Positions 37,144 through 46,052 of a DNA stretch of 64,000 nucleotides are shown in pieces. The DNA is from Spirochaetia bacterium. Lineage in GTDB: Bacteria; Spirochaetota; Spirochaetia; SZUA-6; Bin103. The first letter of the stretch is position 1, and every line of letters starts with the position of its first letter. Location of the stretch: positions 7,520,001 through 7,584,000 of the forward strand of contig CBDBDQ010000005.1 in assembly GCA_965203905.1 (NCBI GenBank). The letters are read 5' to 3'. A program made the translations under genes and the position numbers. Under the pieces are notes generated by a model that saw nothing but the letters and a program-made list of their open reading frames with translations, had not been told where the DNA came from and did no database searches.

Positions 37144-38098
37144 CTGCGCACCTACATCATCAGAAGACTGCTGCTGCTGATCCCGAACCTCTTCATCGTG
37201 GCCAGCCTGGTCTTCCTGCTTATTCGCCTGATTCCCGGTGACATCATCGACAAAATCGTGGCTGAAATGGGGCCCGAGGCCGGTGTCGTGGACCGTGCGG
37301 CCATTGAGCGCCGCCTCGGTCTGGATGCGCCGATACACGTGCAATATGGTCGCTGGGTTGGCCAGCTACTTCAGGGGAACCTGGGCACGATGCTCAGAGG
37401 AGAGCAGCCGGTTGTCGAGCAGATACTTCCCCGGATTCCGGTGACGCTCGAGCTCGGGGTGTTTGCCGTTGTCATCGGCCTGCTGATCTCAATGCCTATC
37501 GGCATCTACTCGGCGATTCGGCAGGATAGCGCCGGCGACTACGGGGGGCGCAGCCTCGCCATCATCTTCATCTCGGTGCCGAGCTTCTGGACGGCGACTA
37601 TCGTCATGGTCTACCCCGCCATCTGGTGGGGATGGGCGCCGCCGTTGGAACTGATCACCTTCGCCGAGGACCCGCTGGGCAATCTGCGGATGTTTCTCCT
37701 CCCGGCCGCGCTCCTGGGAACGGCCCTTTCGGGAACCACGATGCGCATGACGCGCACCATGGCACTGGAGGTCCTGCGGCAAGACTACATCAGGACGGCC
37801 TGGTCGAAGGGGCTGAAGGAGGGGGTCGTCGTGGTGCGGCATGCCTTGAAGAACGCCCTCATCCCGGTGGTCACCCTGGTCGGCTTTTCAGCTGCCCATC
37901 CTCATCGGAGGGTCGGTCATCATCGAGCAGATCTTTGTCCTGCCCGGCATAGGCCGTCTGCTGCTGAACGCCCTGGGCGCGCGGGAGTATCACCTGGTTT
38001 CTGCCATCAACCTGATGCTGGCCACTGCCGTGATGGTGGTCAATCTCGGCATCGACCTCACCTACGCTTACCTGGATCCCAGGGTGCGTTATGAGTGA
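37144..38098 (+). pseudogene. OppB-type permease with CTG start and a +1 frameshift near 37886
   Basis: GAGGAG-N6-CTG CGC ACC TAC (LRTYIIRR). After GGCTTTTCAG the shifted frame resumes QLPILIGGSVIIEQIF...LDPRVRYE*. Confidence 0.82.
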
Positions 38099-38969
38099 CT
38101 TCCTGTCGCGGCTGGTCCGGGAGAAGCCGCTGGGCACATTTGGCGGCATCATCGTGCTGCTGCTGCTGTTCACCGGTATCTTCGCCGACGTGCTGGCGCC
38201 CTTCCCGATGGATGAGCCCCACATGTTGGACCGGCTGACCGGGCCGTCAGGGAAGTACCTGCTGGGTACCGACCAGTTGGGGCGAGACGTACTCAGCCGA
38301 ATCATCTACGGGGCGCGCGTTTCGCTCGTCGTCGGCCTGGCGGCAACCAGTGTCAACATGGTGGTGGCGCTGCTGATCGGCACGACGACCGGGTTCTTCG
38401 GCGGCAAGCTCGATATGGTGGTGCAGCGGTTCGTCGACGCCTGGATGGCGTTCCCGGGGCTGCTCATCTTGATCACGGTGATGTCGCTGGTCGGCCAGGG
38501 CCTGCTCCAGACCATACTGGTGCTGGGCATTAGCGGCGGAATTGGCGGCTCGCGCATCGCGCGCAGTGCCGTCATCGGCATCAGGGCGAACATGTATCTG
38601 CAGGCGGCGGAGGCGTTTGGCGCGAGTACGGCCCGAACCATCTTCCGCCACGTCCTGCCCAACATCATGGCACCCATGATCATCACCTTCACCGTGACCA
38701 TTGGCGGCGTTATCATGGCCGAGGCTTCGCTGAGCTTCCTCGGATTCGGTCTTCCCCCGAATGTCGCAAGCTGGGGAGGGATGCTGAGCAACGACGGGCG
38801 CCGGTTCATGGAGTTGGCGCCTTGGCTGGCTATCTGGCCGGGTCTTGCCCTGACGGTGGTGGTTTACAGTCTGAATATGCTCGGTGATGCGCTCAGAGAC
38901 CTGCTCGATCCCCGGCTGAAGGGCGGTGTGGGTCGTCTGGGTGCCGATAATCGCGCCAAGTCGGTCTAG
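38091..38969 (+). CDS. ABC transporter permease, OppC type
   Basis: LGTDQLGRDVLSRI, EASLSFLGFG, WGGMLS, GDALRDLLDPR. Confidence 0.92.
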   Translation: MSDFLSRLVREKPLGTFGGIIVLLLLFTGIFADVLAPFPMDEPHMLDRLTGPSGKYLLGTDQLGRDVLSRIIYGARVSLVVGLAATSVNMVVALLIGTTTGFFGGKLDMVVQRFVDAWMAFPGLLILITVMSLVGQGLLQTILVLGISGGIGGSRIARSAVIGIRANMYLQAAEAFGASTARTIFRHVLPNIMAPMIITFTVTIGGVIMAEASLSFLGFGLPPNVASWGGMLSNDGRRFMELAPWLAIWPGLALTVVVYSLNMLGDALRDLLDPRLKGGVGRLGADNRAKSV

Positions 38970-38997
38970 GCCAGTGGATGAAAGCGCGCCGGGTGTT

Positions 38998-39165
38998 TCA
39001 CCCCACACGCGCTCGGGCGTCGCGAAACACATCCTGCGCGGAGCGGGCGCGGTCGGCGGCTTGGTCCCAACTGGTATCTCGACGCTCGGCCTCTTCGGCC
39101 CACAGACGAGCGTTCTCCTCTTCGGAAAGATCCTCGAGGCTGGCGAGAAGCTTCTCAGCCAAGCG
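38998..39165 (-). pseudogene. 5'-truncated addiction-module antitoxin component
   Basis: RLAEKLLASLE....ARLWAEEAERR......RSAQDVF..AR. N-terminus replaced by hicA-like sequence. Confidence 0.65.
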
Positions 39166-39201
39166 CTCAAACAACTCGGAATCCCGAAGGAGGACTTTTG
39201 A
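39165..39201 (+). pseudogene. hicA: C-terminal remnant of a HicA toxin
   Basis: LKQLGIPKEDF* with TGATG overlap into hicB. Confidence 0.55.
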
Positions 39202-39665
39202 TGCAATACACCTACCCGTGCACATTGACCCCCGAACCGGAGGCCGGCGGCTTCTCGGTGTCGTTTCCAGACGTGCCCGAAGCGCTGACCTGTGGGGATT
39301 GCCGTACAGAAGCCCTTGAAAAGGCCGAGGATGCTCTCGCCGTCGCCCTCAGCTTTTACGTCGATGGTCGCAGAGACATCCCCGTCCCGAGTGACGTGGT
39401 GGCCGGCCAGGAGTTGGTAGCGGTACCCTCTGTCGTGGCCGCCAAGCTCGCGCTGTATACCGCGATGCGGCGTCAGGGCGTGACTCAGGTTGACCTTGGG
39501 AGGCGGCTAGGCAAAAGCCAATCCTCAGTCGCTCGGCTGCTTGACCTTCGTCATCGCTCCCATATTGGCCAGGTCGAGGCGGCCCTGCGCGCAGTGGGGC
39601 GTGTCTTGGTCGTCGGTGATCGGGCGTTCACTCCTGCGTCCGCCAGTCCGCAACCGGCACGATAG
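39201..39665 (+). CDS. hicB: HicB family antitoxin with C-terminal HTH
   Basis: GGFSVSFPDVPEALTCG, A.DAL, AAKLALY.AMR..GVTQ.DL.RRLG, RLLDL.H.S. Confidence 0.88.
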   Translation: MQYTYPCTLTPEPEAGGFSVSFPDVPEALTCGDCRTEALEKAEDALAVALSFYVDGRRDIPVPSDVVAGQELVAVPSVVAAKLALYTAMRRQGVTQVDLGRRLGKSQSSVARLLDLRHRSHIGQVEAALRAVGRVLVVGDRAFTPASASPQPAR

Positions 39666-39822
39666 AGCTCGATGGTTACCGTTGGTTGCTCTGCTCGTCA
39701 GCCCCTCGAACGCGCAGGACGCGGCACATGGCGGATCAATGCTCTGGGGCGGCATGCTCAGCCGGGAAGGACGAACAAGGCCCCTTGTCCTACCTGAGTG
39801 CTGAGGGCAGGGTGTTGAGGCG

Positions 39823-40062
39823 GTGAAGGCGCGGTACACACAGACGCAAGGGCAATATCTCGCCTTCATCTACTACTACAGCAAGATCCACGGTCGTCCG
39901 CCGGCGGAGGCCGACATCCAGCGCTACTTCAAGACGACACCGCCCGCCGTGCACCAAATGGTAGTGACACTCGAAAGGCGGGGACTGATTACTCGGGTTC
40001 CGAGGCAGCCGCGGACGATCCGCGTCTTGTTGTCGCGTGCGGAGCTTCCGGATCTGGAATGA
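39823..40062 (+). CDS. Small winged-HTH protein (LexA N-terminal/MarR-like)
   Basis: TQTQGQYLAFI..Y....GRPPAEADIQRYF..TPPAVHQMVVTLERRGLI.R. RBS GAGG. Confidence 0.8.
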   Translation: MKARYTQTQGQYLAFIYYYSKIHGRPPAEADIQRYFKTTPPAVHQMVVTLERRGLITRVPRQPRTIRVLLSRAELPDLE

Positions 40063-40356
40063 GGAATGACGGCGTGAAGTTCGACGAGACGTATCTCGAT
40101 GCAGGGGCCCACGAACGGACGACGCGTCAGTGGTGTGATGATGTTTCTTCGAGGTGGCCTCACAGCCGCCAGCCGCCAGCCCTTCTGCCGAGCGGGGCCC
40201 ACCGACCTGTTCGCCACGTAGACGGCTACTGGGCGGTACCCCATGCCTTCCGCGACAGCCTCTGAGTGGCGACGAGTATCGAGAGTGCACCGATGAGAGA
40301 CGTACGAGAGACCAGCGTCGAGATCGGTGCGGTCGCCGGTCGCCCGGCGGAGTACC

Positions 40357-40502
40357 TGGGCGCGCTTCTCCGAGCCAGCTCTACGGGACCACCTGACTCG
40401 GTACACTTCGCCGACTCGGTCTGCCGTGCCCAGGCGCCGCTTCGAGCTGACCGACCAGGTCACGCCCATCCCCAGCCCGGCTCGTCGACCTGGTCGGCCG
40501 CT
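40357..40502 (+). repeat. About 145-bp dispersed repeat, copy 1 (inverted copy at 50329-50482)
   Basis: CAGCTCTACGGGACCACCT(G/A)ACTCGG(T/C)ACACTTC...GACTCGGTCTGC...GCTGACCG..CA.GTCACGCCCAT shared between the copies. Confidence 0.85.
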
Positions 40503-40503
40503 C

Positions 40504-40561
40504 GCCTCGCCTGGGGTCCCACGGATCGCCGATGAAACGCCGCGACGACAGTCAGCGCAGT
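40504..40561 (+). repeat. Isolated fourth copy of the 48-kb 'MKRHDD' repeat
   Basis: GCCTCGCCTGGGGTCCCACGGATCGCCG-ATGAAACGCCGCGACGACAGTCAGCGCAGT. Confidence 0.75.
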
Positions 40562-40849
40562 CTGGCGGTCCTCGAATCGACGTTGCAGCTTGCGTGACGT
40601 GTCAGGGGGAAACACGCCTGTTTTGACGAACTCACGATTGAAAGCGCCGATAGTCTGCGAGTGAGATGAGAACGTGAGACCTCGTGTCGCCAGCGACGCG
40701 CTTATCGCGTGAAATACCGCGTAGTACGCACGTGCTGCCGCATCGCCGAACGCTGAGGCTGAGAGGTCGCGCCGTGCCGTTGACAACCTTTCGTCAGCTT
40801 TGGCGAGCATGGCTTCAAGCACATACCCGGTTGGCTCGAATGCGCTCAT
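40556..40849 (-). pseudogene. HEPN domain toxin, 3'-truncated
   Basis: AARAYYAVFHA, SSHSQTIGAFNREFVK, FEDRQTA then loses homology before the expected DY. ATGA overlap with the MNT gene. Confidence 0.8.
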
Positions 40850-41160
40850 ACCCGTGTGCCTTCGTGCTGAATGTTCCAGCCTATAGGAAATCGGCTCAGC
40901 TCGCGCCACTCCTCCTCGCTGTACACCAGTGCCGCGAACAGTTCGTCGTAATCGTTCAGCATCTGAACTCCAGCGTCCACAATGGCGTCGCGGACGGACG
41001 GTGTGCGCGTATCCACTACGACCAGAAAATCGTAGTCGGAACATTCCGTAGCATCACCACGCGCGTGCGAACCAAACAACACGATTTGTTTGACCTGATC
41101 GCCGAGCTTCGCGCGAACCAGCGCTGCGTATTCTCTGGCTTTGTCGACACCCGCCTTCAT
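40846..41160 (-). CDS. Minimal nucleotidyltransferase (MNT antitoxin)
   Basis: IVLFGSHARGDATECSDYDFLVV, C-terminal NIQHEG. Confidence 0.9.
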   Translation of the reverse strand: MKAGVDKAREYAALVRAKLGDQVKQIVLFGSHARGDATECSDYDFLVVVDTRTPSVRDAIVDAGVQMLNDYDELFAALVYSEEEWRELSRFPIGWNIQHEGTRV

Positions 41161-41387
41161 TCCGTGCTACGTGGCTGCCACCAGCCACGCCTACCATAGC
41201 ACGTGGAGATGTGCGGCGATCAATCGGGGCGCAGAGCCGGCCCGCGCAGAGCCGACCCGCGCAGGCGAGAGTCCAAGAGATCGCGTACCGCGTCGCCGAA
41301 TGGCTGGAAGCCGATGCACCGATCTCGACCCTCAGGCCGTGGCACAGGATGTTACCGCTATTGGCAAGGGTCCGCCTCGATGCGATG

Positions 41388-41540
41388 CTACTGGGGCGCC
41401 GGTTGGAAGTAGCTCAGGGCATGGTCGAAGGCCACGATGCCAATGCGCGATCCGAGCACCCTCCCCGGCAGGTCATCGACGCTCGGGTGGATGCCGCCGT
41501 ACAGACGGGAGATCGCCGCCTCGTCGGCGGCGTCATAGTT
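41388..41540 (-). pseudogene. C-terminal fragment of a vanadium-dependent haloperoxidase (PAP2 superfamily)
   Basis: YDAADEAAISRLYGGIHPSVDDLPGRVLGSRIG, the SRxxGGIH vanadate-binding motif. Confidence 0.75.
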
Positions 41541-42026
41541 TTCCAGCGATCTGGTGGGCGTGGTCGCCGCCGTTGCGGTTGGTGCCGTTCTTGCAGAACC
41601 CACTCGGCCACATCGGCGGATTCATCATACCCAGCTTGATCCTCGGCACCTATCTATCGGCCAGCGTGATGCGCATGACCCGCACGATGACGCTGGAGGT
41701 GCTCCGGCAGGACTACATCCGCACCGCCTGGGCGAAGGGGCTCGCGGAGCGGGTGATCATCCTCAGGCACGTCACCAAGAACGCCCTGATTCCGGTGGTC
41801 ACCCTGGTCGGCCTGCAACTACCCATCCTTCGTCGGCGGCGCGGTCATCATGGAGAACCTGTTCGCCCTGCCGGGCCTCGGACGGCTGATGCTCACGGCG
41901 CTTCTGGAGCGCGACTACCCAGTGGTATCCGGCATCAACCTGTTCTTCGCTTCGGCGGTCATGACGATCAACCTGCTTATCGACATTCTCTACGCTTATC
42001 TGGACCCGCGGGTTCAGTACAAATAG
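41540..42026 (+). pseudogene. C-terminal fragment of an OppB-type permease with a +1 frameshift near 41829
   Basis: FPAIWWAWSPP...MRMTRTMTLEVLRQDYIRTAWAKGL...QLPIL, then in the shifted frame VGGAVIMENLF...LDPRVQYK*. Confidence 0.85.
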
Positions 42027-42939
42027 ACCTGCCGCGATCCGCACCCAAACGCCCCCCACCGCCCCGCAACCTTGGATCGAGCAGGTCGCGCACCGCGTCG
42101 CCGAACATGTTGAGACTGTAAACGGTAATGGTCAGGGCAAGACCGGGAAAGAGAGCCAAGTGCGGCGCCTGCTCCATGTATCTGCGCCCTTCCCGGCTGA
42201 GCAGACCTCCCCAGTCAGGAGTCGAGAGTGGCAGACCGAATCCGAGGAAGCTCAGAGCAGCCAATGACATAATCACCCCTCCGATGTTGATGCTGAATAT
42301 GATCATGACGGGAGCCGCAATATTGGGCAGGACATGCCGGATAAATGTTCTCCATCTCGAGGACCCAATCGCCGGCGCCGCCAGAAAGTAGTCACTCTCT
42401 TTTATGCCGATAACGGCGCCTCTGACCACTCTCGAGGCGCCGATGCCGCCTGATATCCCCAGGACCAGTATCATCTGTATCAACCCCCGCCCCACTATGG
42501 ACATTACGGTTAACAACAGGAGCAGCCCCGGGAAAACAATCCAGGCATCGACGAATCTCTGCACACTCAGGTCCAGTTTACCGCCAAAGAATCCTGAAGG
42601 GCCGCCTATCAGGACAGCCACCACAACGTTGAGCGTGGTGGCGGCCAGACCGACACCTAACGAAAGACGCGCCCCGTAGATAAGGCGGCTCAAGAAGTCT
42701 CGCCCGACGTGGTCGGTACCCAGCAGATACTGAGCTGATGGGCCCTGAAGCCTGTCTGCCAGGTGTATTTCATTATAGGGATAAGGAGCCAGAACATCGG
42801 CAAAGATAGCGACCAGAATCAATATCAGTATGATAATCCCGCAGGCAGTACCCAGCGCTTTCTCCTTGACCAGCCTGATAAAGAAATCAGCCAGCCGGGT
42901 ATGTCCCGTGGAGCCACGGACCGGGGAGGGTGGCCTCAT
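41977..42939 (-). CDS. ABC transporter permease, OppC type
   Basis: LGTDHVGRDFLSRL, ALSFLGFG, GDAVRDLLDPR. The C-terminus overlaps the convergent fragment. Confidence 0.9.
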   Translation of the reverse strand: MRPPSPVRGSTGHTRLADFFIRLVKEKALGTACGIIILILILVAIFADVLAPYPYNEIHLADRLQGPSAQYLLGTDHVGRDFLSRLIYGARLSLGVGLAATTLNVVVAVLIGGPSGFFGGKLDLSVQRFVDAWIVFPGLLLLLTVMSIVGRGLIQMILVLGISGGIGASRVVRGAVIGIKESDYFLAAPAIGSSRWRTFIRHVLPNIAAPVMIIFSINIGGVIMSLAALSFLGFGLPLSTPDWGGLLSREGRRYMEQAPHLALFPGLALTITVYSLNMFGDAVRDLLDPRLRGGGGRLGADRGRSICTEPAGPDKRRECR

Positions 42940-43892
42940 CGATAGCGGACCCTGGGGTCCAAATAAGGATAGATCATGTCGATAAGTAGAATGTTGAGCA
43001 TGACTACGGCGGAGAAGAACAGGTTTATTCCGGAGACCATCGGGTAGTCTCTTTTTTGGAGTGCATTCATAAAGAGACGGCCTAGCCCCGGGAGGTTGAA
43101 TATGTTCTCCATGATAACGGCGCCCCCCACCAGGATGGGTAACTGCAGGCCTATCAGGGTAACTACCGGGATGAATGCATTCTTGAGGGCGTGTCTCACA
43201 ACCACGACCCTCTCATCGAGACCCTTGGACCACGCCGTCCTGATATAGTCCTGCCTGAGCACCTCCAGCATCATGGTGCGCGTCATCCGCATGGTGGCAG
43301 CAGACATGGCCGTTCCCAGGATCAGGCTGGGAATGATGAACACCCCCAGACTCCCCAACGGGTCTTCGGAGAAAGGAATCACTTGCATCGCTGGTGACCA
43401 GTTCCACCAGATTGAGGGGTAGAGCATGACCATGATTCCCAGCCAGAAGTTAGGCGTTGCCAGGCCGATGATGGCGATAGTGCGCCCCGCGTAGTCGGCG
43501 GCCGTATCCTGGCGAATGGCCGAGTAGATGCCGACCGGCAGCGCGATCAAGAGCGCGATTACGATTGCCATGACACCGAGCTGAATTGTTACCGGCAATC
43601 TACGTAGTATCTCCATCTCTACCGGCGAAGCGCCCCACAGTGATTCGCCCAGGGTGCCGTGCAGGACGATATCTCCTATCCAGCGTCCATACTGCACGTA
43701 GACAGGCACGTCTAATCCCAGCATGCGCTCTAGAGCTTCACGGTCAATCGCGCCCCCGCCACCCGCCACATTGTCCGCCATTAGGTCTATTGCATCGCCC
43801 GGGATGAAGCGGACCGTGAGAAAGACCAGGATGCTCAATATGAACAGGGTGGGGATTACGAGCAATAACCGCCTGATGAAATAGGCTCTCAT
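42936..43892 (-). CDS. ABC transporter permease, OppB type
   Basis: MRAYFIRR, IPGD, QDYIRTAWSKGL, LDPRVRY. Confidence 0.93.
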   Translation of the reverse strand: MRAYFIRRLLLVIPTLFILSILVFLTVRFIPGDAIDLMADNVAGGGGAIDREALERMLGLDVPVYVQYGRWIGDIVLHGTLGESLWGASPVEMEILRRLPVTIQLGVMAIVIALLIALPVGIYSAIRQDTAADYAGRTIAIIGLATPNFWLGIMVMLYPSIWWNWSPAMQVIPFSEDPLGSLGVFIIPSLILGTAMSAATMRMTRTMMLEVLRQDYIRTAWSKGLDERVVVVRHALKNAFIPVVTLIGLQLPILVGGAVIMENIFNLPGLGRLFMNALQKRDYPMVSGINLFFSAVVMLNILLIDMIYPYLDPRVRYR

Positions 43893-43928
43893 ACGCTACA
43901 CCTTTTGGCGAGCCTTGCAGTAACAGAT

Positions 43929-43980
43929 GGGAGCCGGGAAGCGCGCTCGGAAGCGCGAGAAACGAAGCCTCCCAGCTCCC
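43929..43980 (-). terminator. Stem-loop between the SBP and permease genes
   Basis: GGGAGCCGGGAAG...CTCCCAGCTCCC imperfect stem. Confidence 0.45.
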
Positions 43981-44022
43981 TTTCCGCCTAGCCAATGGCT
44001 AAGCCACAAGCGGGCGAAACGC

Positions 44023-45840
44023 CTAATACCCCATTTGTTCCTTCAGGTCCAGATCAAGCCAGATGCGGGAGAATAATGCGCCCAGTTCGCCGGGCTCTTG
44101 CAATTTAGTCTCACCGTTATAGCCTTTGACCCACGGCCAGCTCGCGAAATAGATCGGAACGAGAGTACCGTATACCCAGCCTCGATTCTCTATCTGGTAC
44201 ATGTCCACCTCTGTTATCAGCCTCCTCTGTTCCTCGACGGTGTCTGCGGCTAAAGCGGCTTCAACCATGGCGTCCAGCTTGGGGTCCTGCCACCCGGGCG
44301 AGTTCCACATTTCGGTCGAATGAGCCCAATTCACCGTCACGGTAGGGGCAAATCTGGCACCCGTATTGGCCAGAGTGAGACCTTCATAAGTATGTTCATT
44401 CACCATAGCGTTAAATGTAGCAGCATCAACTGCGTTAATCTCTACTTTAACACCAATCTCATCCCAGTAGGAGCTGGCTACTTCTGCGTAGGTGGCATCG
44501 AACCAATCCGGCAGATTGACCTTGGTCTTGAACCTGATGCCGTCGGCACCTCGCGGATATCCAGCCGCATCGAGCAGCGCCTCTGCGCCTTCCTGGTCAT
44601 AGTTATAGGTCTTCTTGAGCTCTTCGGGCCACTCTTCAAATGGGATGATATACCCTTTGATCGCGGATATCCCGTATGGTGTGTTGTCCCCCAGACCTTT
44701 ATATAGCGTATTGTTTATGGTCTCACGGTCCAGTGCCATCTGCATTGCGTGGCGCACGCTGATGTCGTCAAAGGGCGGCTTGCGTACGTCCATGGCATAA
44801 GCGTTCAAGTTTCGAAACTTCATCGGCCACAGCTGGATTTCGGGGTGGGTCCGCCTGAGGCTGTCCACGTCGTCGATGTTGCTTATTATTGAGGAGGCGG
44901 CTGCCCAACCGATGTAATCAACCTTGCCCGTGCGCAGTGCGGCCAGACGGGTTGCGTCGTCTCTCATAATCAGTGTCTTAATCTCGTCGATATAGGGCAG
45001 GCGGTTCTCCGGGTATTTTTCGTCGTAGCCCCAGTAATTAGGATTCTTGGTAAAGGTAAAACCGCTGCCAACGACAAAGTCGCTCAGCTCATAGGGCCCG
45101 GTGCCGACCAGGGCCATCCCGTCCACAAACTTGCCCGCCGGCGCTTCAGCAGTCCTTGTTTCCTCGATTACCTCGGGGGCCTGTATATGCGCCTGATAGT
45201 TGTCAAGGAGAATCTCCAGCATTCCGAGTTTTGGCTCCGTCAGCCTAAAAACGACCGTCCATTTGTCGGTGGCCGTTATCGATTCTAATGGCAGAGTAGC
45301 CCACTGATACATCGGGGAAGGTTCGGCGTCACTGAACTTGCCGAGACCCGCTAGACGCTGATAGTTGTATACGATATCATCGGCAGTTAGCTCCCGGCCG
45401 TTCAGCGGTGCCTTATCGTGCCAGTAAACGCCCTGGCGGATGTTGAAGGTATAGGTCAGACCGTCCGCGGAAATTTCCCAGCTTTCAGCCAGTTGACCTC
45501 TCATGGCGGAGATAGGGGTGAACCCCTGAAAGTCGTATTCGTCTCTATCTATGGCCCAGTTCCTCATGCCTAGCTTCTCGAGGACGCCAGCCGTATGCCG
45601 CACGTTCCCAAGATAATGGTCCCAAGTGTCATAGTACCAGTCCGACTGGGCGAGATTTAATGTCCCGCCATACTCCGGTGCGGTCACCATCTTGCCCGTG
45701 GTGGGGTCGAGCACCATTTCCTTCTCGGCAGCGGCTGCCGAGTCGTCGCTGTCGCTGGTGCCGGCGGCCCAGAGGCCGGTTGCGGTCAGGGCGAGGACCA
45801 ACGCAACCGCGAAGGTCATACAAGTTTTTGCAATGTTCAT
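44023..45840 (-). CDS. ABC transporter substrate-binding protein, family 5
   Basis: Signal peptide (LWAAG), PEYGG, GQLAESWE, RQGVYWH, GTGPY, NPNYW, LPYID. RBS GGGAG before ATG 45840. Confidence 0.92.
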   Translation of the reverse strand: MNIAKTCMTFAVALVLALTATGLWAAGTSDSDDSAAAAEKEMVLDPTTGKMVTAPEYGGTLNLAQSDWYYDTWDHYLGNVRHTAGVLEKLGMRNWAIDRDEYDFQGFTPISAMRGQLAESWEISADGLTYTFNIRQGVYWHDKAPLNGRELTADDIVYNYQRLAGLGKFSDAEPSPMYQWATLPLESITATDKWTVVFRLTEPKLGMLEILLDNYQAHIQAPEVIEETRTAEAPAGKFVDGMALVGTGPYELSDFVVGSGFTFTKNPNYWGYDEKYPENRLPYIDEIKTLIMRDDATRLAALRTGKVDYIGWAAASSIISNIDDVDSLRRTHPEIQLWPMKFRNLNAYAMDVRKPPFDDISVRHAMQMALDRETINNTLYKGLGDNTPYGISAIKGYIIPFEEWPEELKKTYNYDQEGAEALLDAAGYPRGADGIRFKTKVNLPDWFDATYAEVASSYWDEIGVKVEINAVDAATFNAMVNEHTYEGLTLANTGARFAPTVTVNWAHSTEMWNSPGWQDPKLDAMVEAALAADTVEEQRRLITEVDMYQIENRGWVYGTLVPIYFASWPWVKGYNGETKLQEPGELGALFSRIWLDLDLKEQMGY

Positions 45841-46052
45841 AGGTTTCTCCCTATGTGGATTTTTCGAGAGTATTGCGGAGCGGATTGCCGCTCCCTGGCT
45901 ACTCTCGCGCCCGCAACGCAGACGGCCAGTTTGAGTCAAATGGCTGAAGCGCGCGGCGTGTGACTCAACGGGTGAGCGGGAACCAGGCCCGTAGTTCACC
46001 CCGGCTCACGCCGCGCGCGCGTGCGGTTCTTTGAGTATCATTCGAACTTCCT

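Noticed and set aside
40059-40265. 68-aa ORF overlapping the wHTH gene stop
   Set aside because: The ATGA overlap is suggestive, but there is no recognisable motif and it is probably a degraded fragment
38998-41160. Integron cassette array
   Set aside because: Small toxin-antitoxin genes are present, but there is no integrase, no recognisable attC sites and orientations are mixed
41229-41265. 15-bp tandem repeat GCGCAGAGCCGRCCC
   Set aside because: Only about 2.5 copies, most likely slippage in decayed DNA
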